Below are positions 1 to 9,756 of a DNA stretch of 64,000 nucleotides, in pieces. Each line of letters opens with the position of its first letter. The stretch's first letter is position 1. The position numbers were made by a program, and so were the translations under genes. The stretch comes from Treponemataceae bacterium. GTDB lineage: Bacteria; Spirochaetota; Spirochaetia; Treponematales; Rectinemataceae. Location: positions 128,001 through 192,000 of the forward strand of contig CAXXGJ010000018.1 of the NCBI GenBank assembly GCA_963677895.2, written 5' to 3'. The notes below the pieces were generated by a model, which saw nothing but the letters and a program-made list of their open reading frames with translations, was not told the DNA's origin and made no database searches.

Positions 1-1
1 A

Positions 2-811
2 GGACTGGGGTTGAGCATCGCGCATCACATCGTATCGAAGCTGGGGGGTAGAATCATCATCGACTCGGAAGAAAAGCAAGGCACGACCTTCCAGATCGTC
101 CTCCCCGCGGCCAACATGGAACGCAACAAGATCCGTTTCGTCCACGCGAAGGATACGCGCCAGCTCGAGGACAGTTTCTATCTGCAGCGCAAGGTTCTCG
201 TGGGCGAAAAGGGCTATCTGGAGGAAACGATCCACCGGAGCGAGGACGAGAGCGCCTTCCACCTGCTGGCTTACAAGGGAATGCAGCCCGTCGGCACGAC
301 AACGCTTCATTTGAGCGAAGTGGAGGGCGAAATCCCCATCCAGAGCAATTACGATCTTTCGGATTATATGGACGGCACTCCCTACGCGGAAATAGACAGA
401 CTGGCTATCATCAGGGAAGAACGCGGCTCGATCGTGCCTTTCAGCCTCATGGTCCTGTCCTACCTCTACATCAGAGGCAAGGGCGTGGACAAGATGTTCC
501 TCGATGTTTTCAGCGACGAGACAAGGCTTATCCGCATGTACGAAAAGCTGGGTTTCCGGGTGATCGGGACCTACAACAAGCCGCTCGCGTGCACGGTGAT
601 GATGCTGAATCACGAATCGAACTACATCGACACGGTTTCGAAGATGGAGCATTTCGTCCAGAGCTTCTTTTCCCGCCTCATCCCCAAGCTGGAGTTCGAC
701 GGCGAGGACAAGGAATATCTCTACAAGACCATAAACGAGATAAACAAGAAAACCGAAAGGATAGGCGAGAGTTTTGCGCAGGACCCGAAAGAAAGCGACG
801 CTGAAGCTTAG
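2..811 (+). CDS. 5'-truncated histidine kinase (HATPase_c end) fused to a C-terminal GNAT / N-acyl-amino-acid-synthase (FeeM/LuxI-like) domain
   Basis: Frame is open from base 2: GLGLSIAHHIVSKLGGRIIIDSEEKQGTTFQIVLP (G2 box and end of HATPase_c), then GNAT motifs (HLLAYKGMQPVGT, AEIDRLAIIREERG, MYEKLGF). Confidence 0.8.
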   Translation, partial: GLGLSIAHHIVSKLGGRIIIDSEEKQGTTFQIVLPAANMERNKIRFVHAKDTRQLEDSFYLQRKVLVGEKGYLEETIHRSEDESAFHLLAYKGMQPVGTTTLHLSEVEGEIPIQSNYDLSDYMDGTPYAEIDRLAIIREERGSIVPFSLMVLSYLYIRGKGVDKMFLDVFSDETRLIRMYEKLGFRVIGTYNKPLACTVMMLNHESNYIDTVSKMEHFVQSFFSRLIPKLEFDGEDKEYLYKTINEINKKTERIGESFAQDPKESDAEA

Positions 812-829
812 CTGAAGCGCCGCCGAAGC

Positions 830-1903
830 TTAATAGAATATCGTGCGCTGCGTCCTGGCGGATGAATAGATTCCTTCGATGATTTTCACCGCTTCCATGC
901 CCTCCTCCCCGGTGACCTTGGGTCTTGTGCCCGCGGCCGCGGCCTGGGCGAAATCGTCGATCTGAAGCGAGAAAAAATACCAGGTCGGCTCGATTTTCGA
1001 AAAGAATTCCTCATCTTCGCGTTTCCACACCTCAATCATCTTTTCCTGGCCTGGAATGGTCCAAATGTCGTTGTAGGGCGGCTCCAGGACGCCGCTCATC
1101 CCGGCGATGAACATGGCGCCGCCGTCGGTCTGCACGCCCGCCGAGGCGCCCGTGCTTCCATGCACGCATACCTTGGCGAAAATGCCGGGCTTCTGGGAAT
1201 TGGAGACGAAGATGGAGCCGAGGCCGCCGTTCTTGAAGTGGACGGTCGCGACGGCGCTGTCGTCTACTTCGATATAGGGATGGTTGGCGTTGATCCAGCT
1301 GCCGGATACGCCCGAGACGGAACCCATGTACCAGGAGAGGAGGTCGAACTGGTGGGGAGCCTGGTTGACGATGACGCCGCCGCCCTCGTGTTCCCAGGTG
1401 CCGCGCCAGGGATCGGAGTTGTAGTAGGCTTCGTCGCGCCAGCCCAGGATGGTGACCTGGCCGAGGAGGGGGGAGCCGAGGAGGCCTTCGTCGATGGCGC
1501 GCCTGATGCGCAGGGTGGAGGGGTACCAGCGGCGCTGGCAGATGACGCCGAGATTGCGATGGGCGGCGAGGGCGGCGGCGTTCATGGCGTCGCAGTCGGC
1601 GACATGGAGGGCCATGGGCTTTTCGACGAGGGTGTGGAGTCCGGCGCCCAGGCATTCGATGGCGCAGGCGGCATGGAGCGGATGGGGGGTGGTGACGATG
1701 ACGGCCTGGATGCCGTCGCGGTCGGCCATCTCGGCGGCCGAAGAGCGCGCCTCGATGCCCCAGCTCTTCGCGAAGGCTTGGGCTTTGGCCGCGTCGCGTC
1801 CGCAGACCGAGACGAGGGTGGCGTTTTCGCTCGCGGCGATGGCTTTCGCGTGGAGCTGGGCTACCTTGCCGTATCCGTAGAGGCCGAATTTTATCTTGCC
1901 CAT
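830..1903 (-). CDS. Gfo/Idh/MocA family oxidoreductase
   Basis: GYGKVA Rossmann motif, TPHPLH, VEKPMA, GGGVIVNQAPHQFD; SD AGGAGG. Confidence 0.92.
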   Translation of the reverse strand: MGKIKFGLYGYGKVAQLHAKAIAASENATLVSVCGRDAAKAQAFAKSWGIEARSSAAEMADRDGIQAVIVTTPHPLHAACAIECLGAGLHTLVEKPMALHVADCDAMNAAALAAHRNLGVICQRRWYPSTLRIRRAIDEGLLGSPLLGQVTILGWRDEAYYNSDPWRGTWEHEGGGVIVNQAPHQFDLLSWYMGSVSGVSGSWINANHPYIEVDDSAVATVHFKNGGLGSIFVSNSQKPGIFAKVCVHGSTGASAGVQTDGGAMFIAGMSGVLEPPYNDIWTIPGQEKMIEVWKREDEEFFSKIEPTWYFFSLQIDDFAQAAAAGTRPKVTGEEGMEAVKIIEGIYSSARTQRTIFY

Positions 1904-2016
1904 GCCTTGTTTCCTCCTGGATTCAATGGGGTCATCGATGGGGCCGGCGGCACTGGTGCCCCGGCGTTGCTAAGGGGGCTCTAGCGCCGCGAGGGGATGC
2001 CCCGGCGCCGCCGACT

Positions 2017-3051
2017 TCAGGGCTCGAGCACGACTTTGAGCAGGCCTTTTTCGCGGGCGTGGAGCCTGGCGAACCAGGAGGCTCCCTCGGAGAGCGGCGC
2101 GACCGCGCTTATTATGGACTTCGCGTCGATCTTGCCGCGCGCGAGGAGGTCGAGCACGAGGGGGTATTCGCCCGCCATGGCGCAGGAACCATAGAGGGTG
2201 AGCTGCCGCGTGACGATGGCCTGGAGCGGCATTTCCACGCTGGGGCTCACGTTGCCGATGAGGGTGACGGAGCCGCCCTTGCGCAGGGCGCCGATCGCGG
2301 TAGCGATCGGCGCCGAAGCGCCCACCGCCTCGAAGGCGCGGTCGAAACCGCGGCCGCCCGAGAGTTCGAGGATGGCGGCCTTGGTCGCGGGGGAGGCGGG
2401 GTCGAGGGCGGCCGACGCGCCTGCCGCGAGGGCGGCAGCCCTCCGTTCGGGGTCGGTTTCCAGCGCGAGGATCGTGCCGGCGGAATGAGCCCTCAGTATC
2501 TGGATGAGAAGGAGCCCGATAAGCCCGGCGCCCACCACGACGAGAGAATCGCCCATCTTTATGGGGGTGATGGCGGCCGCGTGGGCCGCGACCGCAGCCG
2601 GTTCCGCGATCGAGGCGGCCGCGAAATCCAGGGCTTCGGGCATCCTGTAGAGAATCCTCTTGGGAAGGACGATATATTCGGCGAAGGTGCCGTCCCGCCG
2701 GTAATCGCCGCAGGAGACGCCGAGCACCTTCCTGTTGTCGCAGAGGTTCACCTCGCCGCGTTTGCAGTAGAAGCACTCCCCGCAATATTCTGTGGAATCG
2801 AAGGTGACGCGGTCTCCCACCCTGAAATCCCTGACACCGGCGCCCGCCTCGACTATTTCTCCCGAGGCTTCATGTCCCATCACGACGGGAGGAATGCGTC
2901 TTCCCGTCGAGCCGTCCATACCGTGGACATCCGAACCGCAGATGGCTGCCGCCCGCACCCTGACGAGCACGTCGTTTTCATCCCGCAGTTTTGGGTCAGG
3001 ATAATCGCGGAAGGAAAACTTCATGTAATCTTCGAGTACGAGCGCTTTCAC
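2017..3051 (-). CDS. Zn-dependent polyol/sugar-acid dehydrogenase (galactitol-1-P/L-iditol DH-like)
   Basis: CGSD, GHE, CGECFYCKRGEVNLC, GAGLIG motifs; GTG start overlaps the upstream stop (GTGA). Confidence 0.92.
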   Translation of the reverse strand: MKALVLEDYMKFSFRDYPDPKLRDENDVLVRVRAAAICGSDVHGMDGSTGRRIPPVVMGHEASGEIVEAGAGVRDFRVGDRVTFDSTEYCGECFYCKRGEVNLCDNRKVLGVSCGDYRRDGTFAEYIVLPKRILYRMPEALDFAAASIAEPAAVAAHAAAITPIKMGDSLVVVGAGLIGLLLIQILRAHSAGTILALETDPERRAAALAAGASAALDPASPATKAAILELSGGRGFDRAFEAVGASAPIATAIGALRKGGSVTLIGNVSPSVEMPLQAIVTRQLTLYGSCAMAGEYPLVLDLLARGKIDAKSIISAVAPLSEGASWFARLHAREKGLLKVVLEP

Positions 3052-4133
3052 CGCTGAATCCTCGCCGATCCGCCCTTCGCGAAAGAAACGACCTGATCGA
3101 GGGTAGCCATGGTCGTGTCGCCGGGGAAGGTCGTGAGGAGGGCGCCGTGAGCCCAGCCAAGGGCAAGCGCTTCCTGCGGATCTTTGTCTTCGAGCAGACC
3201 GTAGATGAGGCCGGCCGCGAAACCGTCGCCGCCGCCCACGCGGTCGTACACGTCGAGCTCGGCGGTCGGAGCCGCGTAGCGCTCGCCCTCCAGCCAGAGA
3301 ACGGCGCTCCAGAGATGGCGGTTGGTGGACTTGACGTCGCGCAGGGTCGTGGCCACCGCCTTCACGTTCGGCCAGCGCGCCGTGACTTCCTCGATCGTCC
3401 TGTAGAAAGCCTCGGGATCGAGCTTCGAGGCCTTGTGGATGTCGGGTCCCTTCAGGCCCAAACCCATCTGGAGATCTTCCTCGTTGCCGACGAGCACGTC
3501 GACCTGTTCGGCGATGCGGCCGAGAATCTCGGGGGCCGAGGCGGAAGAGCCGTTGGCCGCCCAGAGCTTGGCCCTGTAGTTGAGGTCGAAGGAGACGATG
3601 GCGCCCGCTTTCCTGGCGGCCTTCATCGCCTCGATGACGAGTTCGGGCGTCGTCGCCGAGAGGGCGGAGAAGATGCCGCCCGAATGGAACCAGCGTAAGC
3701 CCTTGGAGAAAATGGCGTCCCAGTCGAAATCGCCCGGCTTGAGAAGGGCCGCCGCCTCGTTCGCCCTGTTATAGAAGACGACGGGAGCCCGCACGCCCTG
3801 TCCCCTGTCGGACCAGACCTGGGCCATGTTCGGGCCGCGCACGCCATCGTGCCTGAAACGCTTGTATATGCCCTGGACGTTCATCTTGCGGGCTTCGCTC
3901 TCGATCTTGGCGCCGATCGGGTAGTCCACCATGGCGCTCGCGATGGCCGTATTCTGGCCGAAGCAGCGGGCGAGGTTAGCCGCGACGTTGAACTCGCCGC
4001 CCGACACATGGATCTGGTAGGTATCCGCGAAGCCGAAGGGAACGATGCCCGGATCGAGCCTCGTGACGAGGGCGCCCAAGGCGAGAAAATCGAGGGAATC
4101 CGCCTTCTTGGGCGGAATTTTCATGGCTGACAT
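3048..4133 (-). CDS. kdgK: PfkB-family sugar kinase, 2-keto-3-deoxygluconate kinase-like
   Basis: GGEFNVA, DLNYRAKLW, DRVGGGDGFAAGLIYG motifs. Confidence 0.8.
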   Translation of the reverse strand: MSAMKIPPKKADSLDFLALGALVTRLDPGIVPFGFADTYQIHVSGGEFNVAANLARCFGQNTAIASAMVDYPIGAKIESEARKMNVQGIYKRFRHDGVRGPNMAQVWSDRGQGVRAPVVFYNRANEAAALLKPGDFDWDAIFSKGLRWFHSGGIFSALSATTPELVIEAMKAARKAGAIVSFDLNYRAKLWAANGSSASAPEILGRIAEQVDVLVGNEEDLQMGLGLKGPDIHKASKLDPEAFYRTIEEVTARWPNVKAVATTLRDVKSTNRHLWSAVLWLEGERYAAPTAELDVYDRVGGGDGFAAGLIYGLLEDKDPQEALALGWAHGALLTTFPGDTTMATLDQVVSFAKGGSARIQR

Positions 4134-4146
4134 TCTATGTACCTCC

Positions 4147-5598
4147 TCAAGCTGTATAGGTGGATGCCGCGGTCGAACCGCCGTGACCGGTCCAGTTCGT
4201 ATGGAAGAATTCGCCGCGCGGCCTGTCGATCCTTTCGTAGGTGTGGGCGCCGAAATAGTCCCTCTGGGCTTGCAGCAGATTGGCGGGGAGCGTTTCGGTC
4301 CTCAGACCGTCATAATATGAAAGAGCCGTATAGAGCGCCGGAGCGGGGATTCCCGACATGGCGCATTCCGCGACGACCCTGCGCCAGCTGTCCTGACTGG
4401 CCGCGAGCTTCTTAGCGAAGAAGGGGGCGAGAATGAGGTTCACCAGCTTTCCGTCCGCGTCGAAGGCTTCCTTGATCCTGCCGAGGAAAATCGAGCGGAT
4501 GATGCATCCGCCTCTCCACATGAGGGCGATGGAACCGAAGTCGAGCGTCCAGCCGTATTCCTTGGCCGCTTCCTTCATGAGAAGGAAACCCTGGGCATAG
4601 GAAACAACCTTCGCGGCATAGAGCGCCGCGCCCAGGTCGGCGAGGAAGGCTTCCCTATCGCCTTTGAATGGCTTGATCGCCGGTCCTTTCAGGATCGTGG
4701 ACGCCGCCACGCGGTCGTTTTTCGCCGCAGAGAGACAGCGGGCGAATACGGATTCGCCGATGAGCGTAAGAGGAATGCCGAAATCCAGCGCCGCGATGCC
4801 GGCCCATTTTCCCGTGCCCTTCTGGCCCGCGGTGTCGAGAATCTTGCGTACGAGAGGCTGTCCATCCTCGTCCTTGAATTTCAGGATGTCCCTGGTTATT
4901 TCCACAAGATAGGAGTCGAGGTCACCCTTGTTCCACTTCGCGAAAACCGCGCTCATCTCGTCTTCTTGCATGCCGAGCTTGTCGCGCATGATCTGGTAGA
5001 CCTCGCAGATAAGCTGCATGTCGCCGTACTCTATGCCGTTGTGGACCATCTTCACGAAATGCCCGGCTCCGTCGGATCCCACCCAGTCGCAGCAGGGGCT
5101 CCCGTCCTCGACCTTGGCGGCGATAGCCTGGAAGATAGGCTTTATGAAGGGCCAGGCCGCGGCCGATCCTCCCGGCATAAGGGAAGGCCCCAGGAGAGCG
5201 CCTTCCTCGCCGCCGGAAACGCCGGTGCCGATATAGAGGAAGCCCTTCGCCTCCACTTCCTTGCAGCGCCGCATGGTGTCCTGGTAATTCGAGTTGCCGC
5301 CGTCGATAATGATGTCGCCCTTGTCGAGATGGGGCAGTAGCTGGGCTATCGTGTCATCCACCGCCTGGCCCGCCTTGACCATCATCATGACCTTGCGGGG
5401 CGAGCCGAGCATTCCCGCGAGCTCTGCCGGCGAATGCGCGCCACGAATCTTTTTGCCCGCGCCCCTGCCCGCGATAAAATCGTCGACCTTGCTGGTCGTC
5501 CGATTGTAGACCGCCACGGAAAAACCTTTGCTTTCCATGTTGAGCACGAGGTTTTCCCCCATCACCGCGAGTCCTATCAGGCCAATGTCAGATTTCAT
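4147..5598 (-). CDS. gnd: 6-phosphogluconate dehydrogenase, decarboxylating (NADP+)
   Basis: GLAVMG, YNRT, KMVHNGIEYGDMQ, AQRDYFGAHTYER; start set at MKSDIG after SD GGAGG. Confidence 0.97.
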   Translation of the reverse strand: MKSDIGLIGLAVMGENLVLNMESKGFSVAVYNRTTSKVDDFIAGRGAGKKIRGAHSPAELAGMLGSPRKVMMMVKAGQAVDDTIAQLLPHLDKGDIIIDGGNSNYQDTMRRCKEVEAKGFLYIGTGVSGGEEGALLGPSLMPGGSAAAWPFIKPIFQAIAAKVEDGSPCCDWVGSDGAGHFVKMVHNGIEYGDMQLICEVYQIMRDKLGMQEDEMSAVFAKWNKGDLDSYLVEITRDILKFKDEDGQPLVRKILDTAGQKGTGKWAGIAALDFGIPLTLIGESVFARCLSAAKNDRVAASTILKGPAIKPFKGDREAFLADLGAALYAAKVVSYAQGFLLMKEAAKEYGWTLDFGSIALMWRGGCIIRSIFLGRIKEAFDADGKLVNLILAPFFAKKLAASQDSWRRVVAECAMSGIPAPALYTALSYYDGLRTETLPANLLQAQRDYFGAHTYERIDRPRGEFFHTNWTGHGGSTAASTYTA

Positions 5599-5619
5599 AT
5601 TTCCTCCATCCATATTCTA

Positions 5620-6462
5620 TTATATTCTTCTGCCGGCTATCGCCGAACGCATTTTCTCGACATTTTTCAGGCCTTTTTCCTTGAGGAACTCCATGGTTTC
5701 TATATAGAGCGCATCGATGATGGCCAGCTGGGCTATCCTGGCCGAGAAAGCCTCCGAGATGACTTTGGCTCCCGGCGCGGCCGAGAGCAGCACGAAATCG
5801 GCGGCTCTGGCCAGGGGCGAAAGATGGTAAGTCGTGATGGCCGCCACCTTGCATCCCGTTTTTTTCAGCACGTCCACGATGGCTAGGGTGTCCTTGTTGG
5901 CGCCGGTGTTGGAGATGACGAGGGCGATGTCCCCGTTCCCGGCCTGAGAGGCCACCATGAGCTGGAGATGGAAGTCCTCGGCCGTCTGGCAGCGAATGCC
6001 GGATCGTATGAATTTATGGAAGGCATCCTTGGCGACGACGCCCGAGCCTCCAAGTCCGAAGATGAAAAACGCCGGAGCTTCGCAGGCCAATCGGGCTATT
6101 TCCTGGATCTGCCCCCTGTCCAGCAGTTTTTCCGTCATGTCCAGGGCGCTTCTGGCCGCGCCGAAGGCCACGACGACGGGGTCCTCGGAATCTGTCACGG
6201 CGGTTTCGTAATAGCGGGATTCGAGCGCGAAGGTTTCCGTGGCGAGCGCGATCCTGAACTGCTGGTAGCTCTCATACCCGAGTTTTTTGACGAAGCGGAG
6301 CAGGGTGGATACCGACACGCCTATGTTCGACGCGAGTTCGTCGATGCTTGGGTGAACGGCTTCGGCAGGTCGCGAAAGGATGTATTCGGCGACGGTGCTT
6401 TCCTTTCCGCTCAAGCCGTCTTTCAGCGAATGTATGAGGTAGATGCAACTTGGCTCAGCCAT
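5620..6462 (-). CDS. RpiR/MurR family transcriptional regulator (HTH + SIS)
   Basis: VSVSTLLRFVKKLGY HTH; FGLGGSG and ISNTG SIS motifs. Confidence 0.93.
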   Translation of the reverse strand: MAEPSCIYLIHSLKDGLSGKESTVAEYILSRPAEAVHPSIDELASNIGVSVSTLLRFVKKLGYESYQQFRIALATETFALESRYYETAVTDSEDPVVVAFGAARSALDMTEKLLDRGQIQEIARLACEAPAFFIFGLGGSGVVAKDAFHKFIRSGIRCQTAEDFHLQLMVASQAGNGDIALVISNTGANKDTLAIVDVLKKTGCKVAAITTYHLSPLARAADFVLLSAAPGAKVISEAFSARIAQLAIIDALYIETMEFLKEKGLKNVEKMRSAIAGRRI

Positions 6463-6519
6463 TCCGCCACTCCATAATCTTGTTGTACCATCGACCTTCC
6501 TTTGTGTAAAGTATATCGT

Positions 6520-6553
6520 GAAAAAAATATTCTTTCAAAAGAAAATAATTTTC
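6520..6553. promoter_or_regulatory. Putative RpiR operator between divergent promoters
   Basis: Perfect palindrome GAAAAT-A-ATTTTC (6541-6553) plus degenerate copy GAAAAAAATATTC (6520-6532), between TTTACA-N17-TACAAC (minus) and TTGACG-N17-GATACT (plus). Confidence 0.5.
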
Positions 6554-6633
6554 ATTTTGGAAACTTGACGGCAAAGGGAAAGGATAGGATACTACAAAAT
6601 AGCTTTACCGTACTTTATCTGAAGGAGGCCTTC

Positions 6634-7884
6634 ATGAAAGTCAAGTTTATCGCGCTTGCGCTGATGCTCGCCGTAGTATTGGGAGCCGGCGCCCAAGCCA
6701 AGGAAATCCGCGTCCTGCTCGCCAACCATCCCTACGGCGATCTGCTGAAAGCGGCTATCCCCGAATACGAAAAGGCGACCGGCGTCAAAGTGAATGTCGA
6801 GAGCCTTCAGGAGAGCCAGCTGACAACGAAGCTGACCACTGAGTTCGCCACCAATTCCTCCTCGGCCGATGTCTTCATGACTCGTCCCCTGCAGGAAGGC
6901 AAGATGTTCTACAAGAACGGCTGGTACGAACCTCTCTCGACCTACGATTTCGCCGACTATCCCAACAGCGCGATGGGAGTGGCCAGGTTCGGCAACAAGC
7001 CCTACCTCGTTCCCCTCGTCACCGAGTGGCAGGTTCTTTATTACAGAAAAGATCTCTTCAAGAAAGCAGGTCTTTCCGTTCCCAAGACCTTCGCCGAACT
7101 CGAAGCCGCGGCTAAGGCGCTGGATTCTCTTGACGTGGCGGGATTCGCCTCCCGCGGCAAAGGCGCCGCGGCCGTAACCCAGCTCTCCAGCTACATTTAT
7201 AGCTATGGCGGAGCCTATCTCGACAAGGGCGTGGCAGTGTTCGATTCCCCCGAAGCGCTCGAAGCCATCAGATTCTACGGCAAGATGCTGGCTCTCTACG
7301 GTCCGAAGGGTGTCACGTCGATGTCCTGGGAGAATATCATGCCTCTCGTCCAGGCAGGCAAGGTGGCCATGTGGACGGACGCTTCGGTCTTCTACGGCCA
7401 GATCGTCGATCCCGCGAAGAGCCAGGTGACAGCGGCCGATGTGGGCATCGCCAATCTGCCCGCGGGCCCCAAGGCCGGCAATCCCTTCTTCGTCGTTTCG
7501 TGGGGAATGGCCGTCGCCCGTCAGTCCAAGAACAAGGCTGCCGCGATGGACTTCATCAAATGGGCGACCAGCGCCGATCTCGCCAAAAAAGCCCTCATCG
7601 CCAGCATTCCGATGTCGCGCAACTCGGCCTGGGCGGATCCCGAAGCTCGCGCCAAGGCCAATCCCGAGCTTGTCGCTTCCCAGGCCTATGCGGCCAAGAA
7701 CGGCAATCCCTTCGATCGCCCCTACATGAGCGCCGTCGGCAACGCCCGCGATCTCATCGGCGAAGTGATCATCGAATCCATCAACACGGCAGGCGCTTCC
7801 CAGTCTCTCGCCGCTCTGGCGAAAGCGAAAGTAAAGGCTGTCAACGAACTCCTCGAGGACACCGGAGAATACGGCGTCTACTGA
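6634..7884 (+). CDS. Carbohydrate ABC transporter substrate-binding protein (CUT1)
   Basis: Signal peptide MKVKFIALALML after SD AAGGAGG; LYYRKDLF..PKTFAEL motif. Confidence 0.92.
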   Translation: MKVKFIALALMLAVVLGAGAQAKEIRVLLANHPYGDLLKAAIPEYEKATGVKVNVESLQESQLTTKLTTEFATNSSSADVFMTRPLQEGKMFYKNGWYEPLSTYDFADYPNSAMGVARFGNKPYLVPLVTEWQVLYYRKDLFKKAGLSVPKTFAELEAAAKALDSLDVAGFASRGKGAAAVTQLSSYIYSYGGAYLDKGVAVFDSPEALEAIRFYGKMLALYGPKGVTSMSWENIMPLVQAGKVAMWTDASVFYGQIVDPAKSQVTAADVGIANLPAGPKAGNPFFVVSWGMAVARQSKNKAAAMDFIKWATSADLAKKALIASIPMSRNSAWADPEARAKANPELVASQAYAAKNGNPFDRPYMSAVGNARDLIGEVIIESINTAGASQSLAALAKAKVKAVNELLEDTGEYGVY

Positions 7885-7904
7885 TCCAATTTTCTGAACA
7901 GCTG

Positions 7905-7934
7905 AGGCGGGCTGGAGGAATCCGGCCCGCTTTT
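7905..7934 (+). terminator. Intercistronic stem-loop after the SBP gene (partial terminator or mRNA stabiliser)
   Basis: AGGCGGGCTGGA-GGAA-TCCGGCCCGCTTTT hairpin. Confidence 0.55.
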
Positions 7935-8005
7935 GCCTGTCTCGCAGGCTTCCGCCTGTCCGCCCGCTTTTTCTACTATTCACGTTTTGCCTGCCGGAGG
8001 ATGCC

Positions 8006-8884
8006 ATGACAAAAAGCGGTTTCGTCGAAAGGAACCTGAAAATTCTGTTTCCCCTGCCTGCCGTAACCTTCGTCGTGGTCATGATGCTCTTCCCTGTCAT
8101 CTATACCCTCTTCCTGAGCTTCACCAACTGGAACCTCACTTCCGGAATGCCGCTCAAGTTCGTCTGGCTGAAATCCTACGCGAGGGTCCTGACCGAACCG
8201 CGGTTCCTCAGCGCCTTGGGGAGAACCTTCTCCTTCACGCTGCTGGCCGTGGCCGTCGAAACCCTGCTTGGCCTCGCGCTCGCGCTGCTGCTCAACAGGG
8301 AATTCAAGGGGAAATCGGCGATGAAGCTGATCCTCCTCCTTCCCCTCGTGGCGACGCCGGTGGCCATTGGCATCGTATGGAATCTTTTCTTCGATCCCAC
8401 CATCGGCTTCATGAACTACATGCTCACCATCCTGGGGCTGCCCATCTCCGAGTGGGTTTCCAACACCGAAACCGTCATACCCTCGCTCGCGCTGGTGGAT
8501 ATCTGGCAATGGACACCCATGATCACGCTCATCGTCCTCGCGGGGCTCGCCGGCCTTTCCCAGGAGCCTTACGAATCGGCCCGCGTCGACGGCGCCAACG
8601 CGTACCAGACCTTCACCCAGATTACCCTGCCGATGATAGCGCCGACCCTTCTCACCGCCATGATCCTGCGCTCCATCGACGCCCTCAAAACCTTCGACAT
8701 CATCTACGCGATGACGGGAGGAGGTCCGGGCTATGCCTCGGAAACCCTCAACGTCATGGCTTTTAAATACAGTTTTGAGTATTTCCGCATGGGACAGTCT
8801 TCGGTCATACTCATTTTCCTCTTCCTGCTGGTGCTTCTTCTCAGCATGGCGATCATGCGGCTGCGCAAGCGCTTCGAGCTTTAG
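8006..8884 (+). CDS. Carbohydrate ABC transporter permease
   Basis: EAA loop YESARVDGA; ITLPMIAP; multiple TM segments. Confidence 0.93.
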   Translation: MTKSGFVERNLKILFPLPAVTFVVVMMLFPVIYTLFLSFTNWNLTSGMPLKFVWLKSYARVLTEPRFLSALGRTFSFTLLAVAVETLLGLALALLLNREFKGKSAMKLILLLPLVATPVAIGIVWNLFFDPTIGFMNYMLTILGLPISEWVSNTETVIPSLALVDIWQWTPMITLIVLAGLAGLSQEPYESARVDGANAYQTFTQITLPMIAPTLLTAMILRSIDALKTFDIIYAMTGGGPGYASETLNVMAFKYSFEYFRMGQSSVILIFLFLLVLLLSMAIMRLRKRFEL

Positions 8885-8893
8885 GAGGCACCC

Positions 8894-9709
8894 ATGCGAG
8901 TATCATTCACGCGCCGATTCCTTTTCGCCCTTGTTTTGGCCGGCGTCGCCATTCCCGTCCTTTTTCCCTTCGTCTGGATGCTGGCTTCGTCGTTCAAGAC
9001 CCAGGTCGACATCATCGCCTGGCCGCCGAAATTCATCTTCACGCCCATCGTCGGCAATTATATAAAGGTTTTTACCGAGCAGAATTTTCTGCAGTATTTC
9101 ATCAATTCATCGATCGTCGGCGTCGTCGCCGTGGGCTTGTCGGTGGCTCTGGGGCTGCCGGCCGCCTATTCGATCGCTCGATTCCAGCAAAAGAGACTCT
9201 CCGTCTTCATCCTGGTGGCCAAGCTCATGCCGGGAATTTCCTTTTTGATGCCCTGGTATATCATCTTTTCGCGTCTTCATCTGATGGACAGCTATATAGC
9301 CCTCATTCTCTCGCATATGCTGATCGCCCTGCCTATCGTGGTTTGGATCATGTCGAGTTATTTCGAGACTATTCCTGTCGAGATGGAAGAATCAGCGATG
9401 GTCGACGGCGCCACAAGGCAAAGGGCATTCTGGTCGATAATCCTGCCTGTGTCGGGTCCGGGCATCGTCACCTCGATCACGCTTTCCTTCATCTTTTCCT
9501 GGAACAATTTCATGTTCTCCCAGGTCCTGAGCATGGAGAGGACGAAGACGCTTCCGATCGCTGTGTACAACTTCGTTTCCTATGCCGAGGTGGATTGGGG
9601 AGCCGTCATGGCCGCGGCCGTGGCTATCATGACGCCGGCGATCATCCTCACCATGATTTTCCAGAAATATGTCGTGAAAGGGCTTACGATGGGTGCGGTA
9701 AAAGGCTGA
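8894..9709 (+). CDS. Carbohydrate ABC transporter permease
   Basis: EESAMVDGA EAA loop; ends GLTMGAVKG. Confidence 0.93.
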   Translation: MRVSFTRRFLFALVLAGVAIPVLFPFVWMLASSFKTQVDIIAWPPKFIFTPIVGNYIKVFTEQNFLQYFINSSIVGVVAVGLSVALGLPAAYSIARFQQKRLSVFILVAKLMPGISFLMPWYIIFSRLHLMDSYIALILSHMLIALPIVVWIMSSYFETIPVEMEESAMVDGATRQRAFWSIILPVSGPGIVTSITLSFIFSWNNFMFSQVLSMERTKTLPIAVYNFVSYAEVDWGAVMAAAVAIMTPAIILTMIFQKYVVKGLTMGAVKG

Positions 9710-9756
9710 CGAGACCCTGATGGACAGATCGTCGGAGCGGCACTATTCTATCCGTT

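Noticed and set aside
1943..1966. GCCGG(C)GGCA...TGCCCCGGC hairpin similar to the one at ~43832-43851 (REP-like family?)
   Set aside because: Only two or three short GC-rich look-alikes were seen, which could arise by chance at this GC content.
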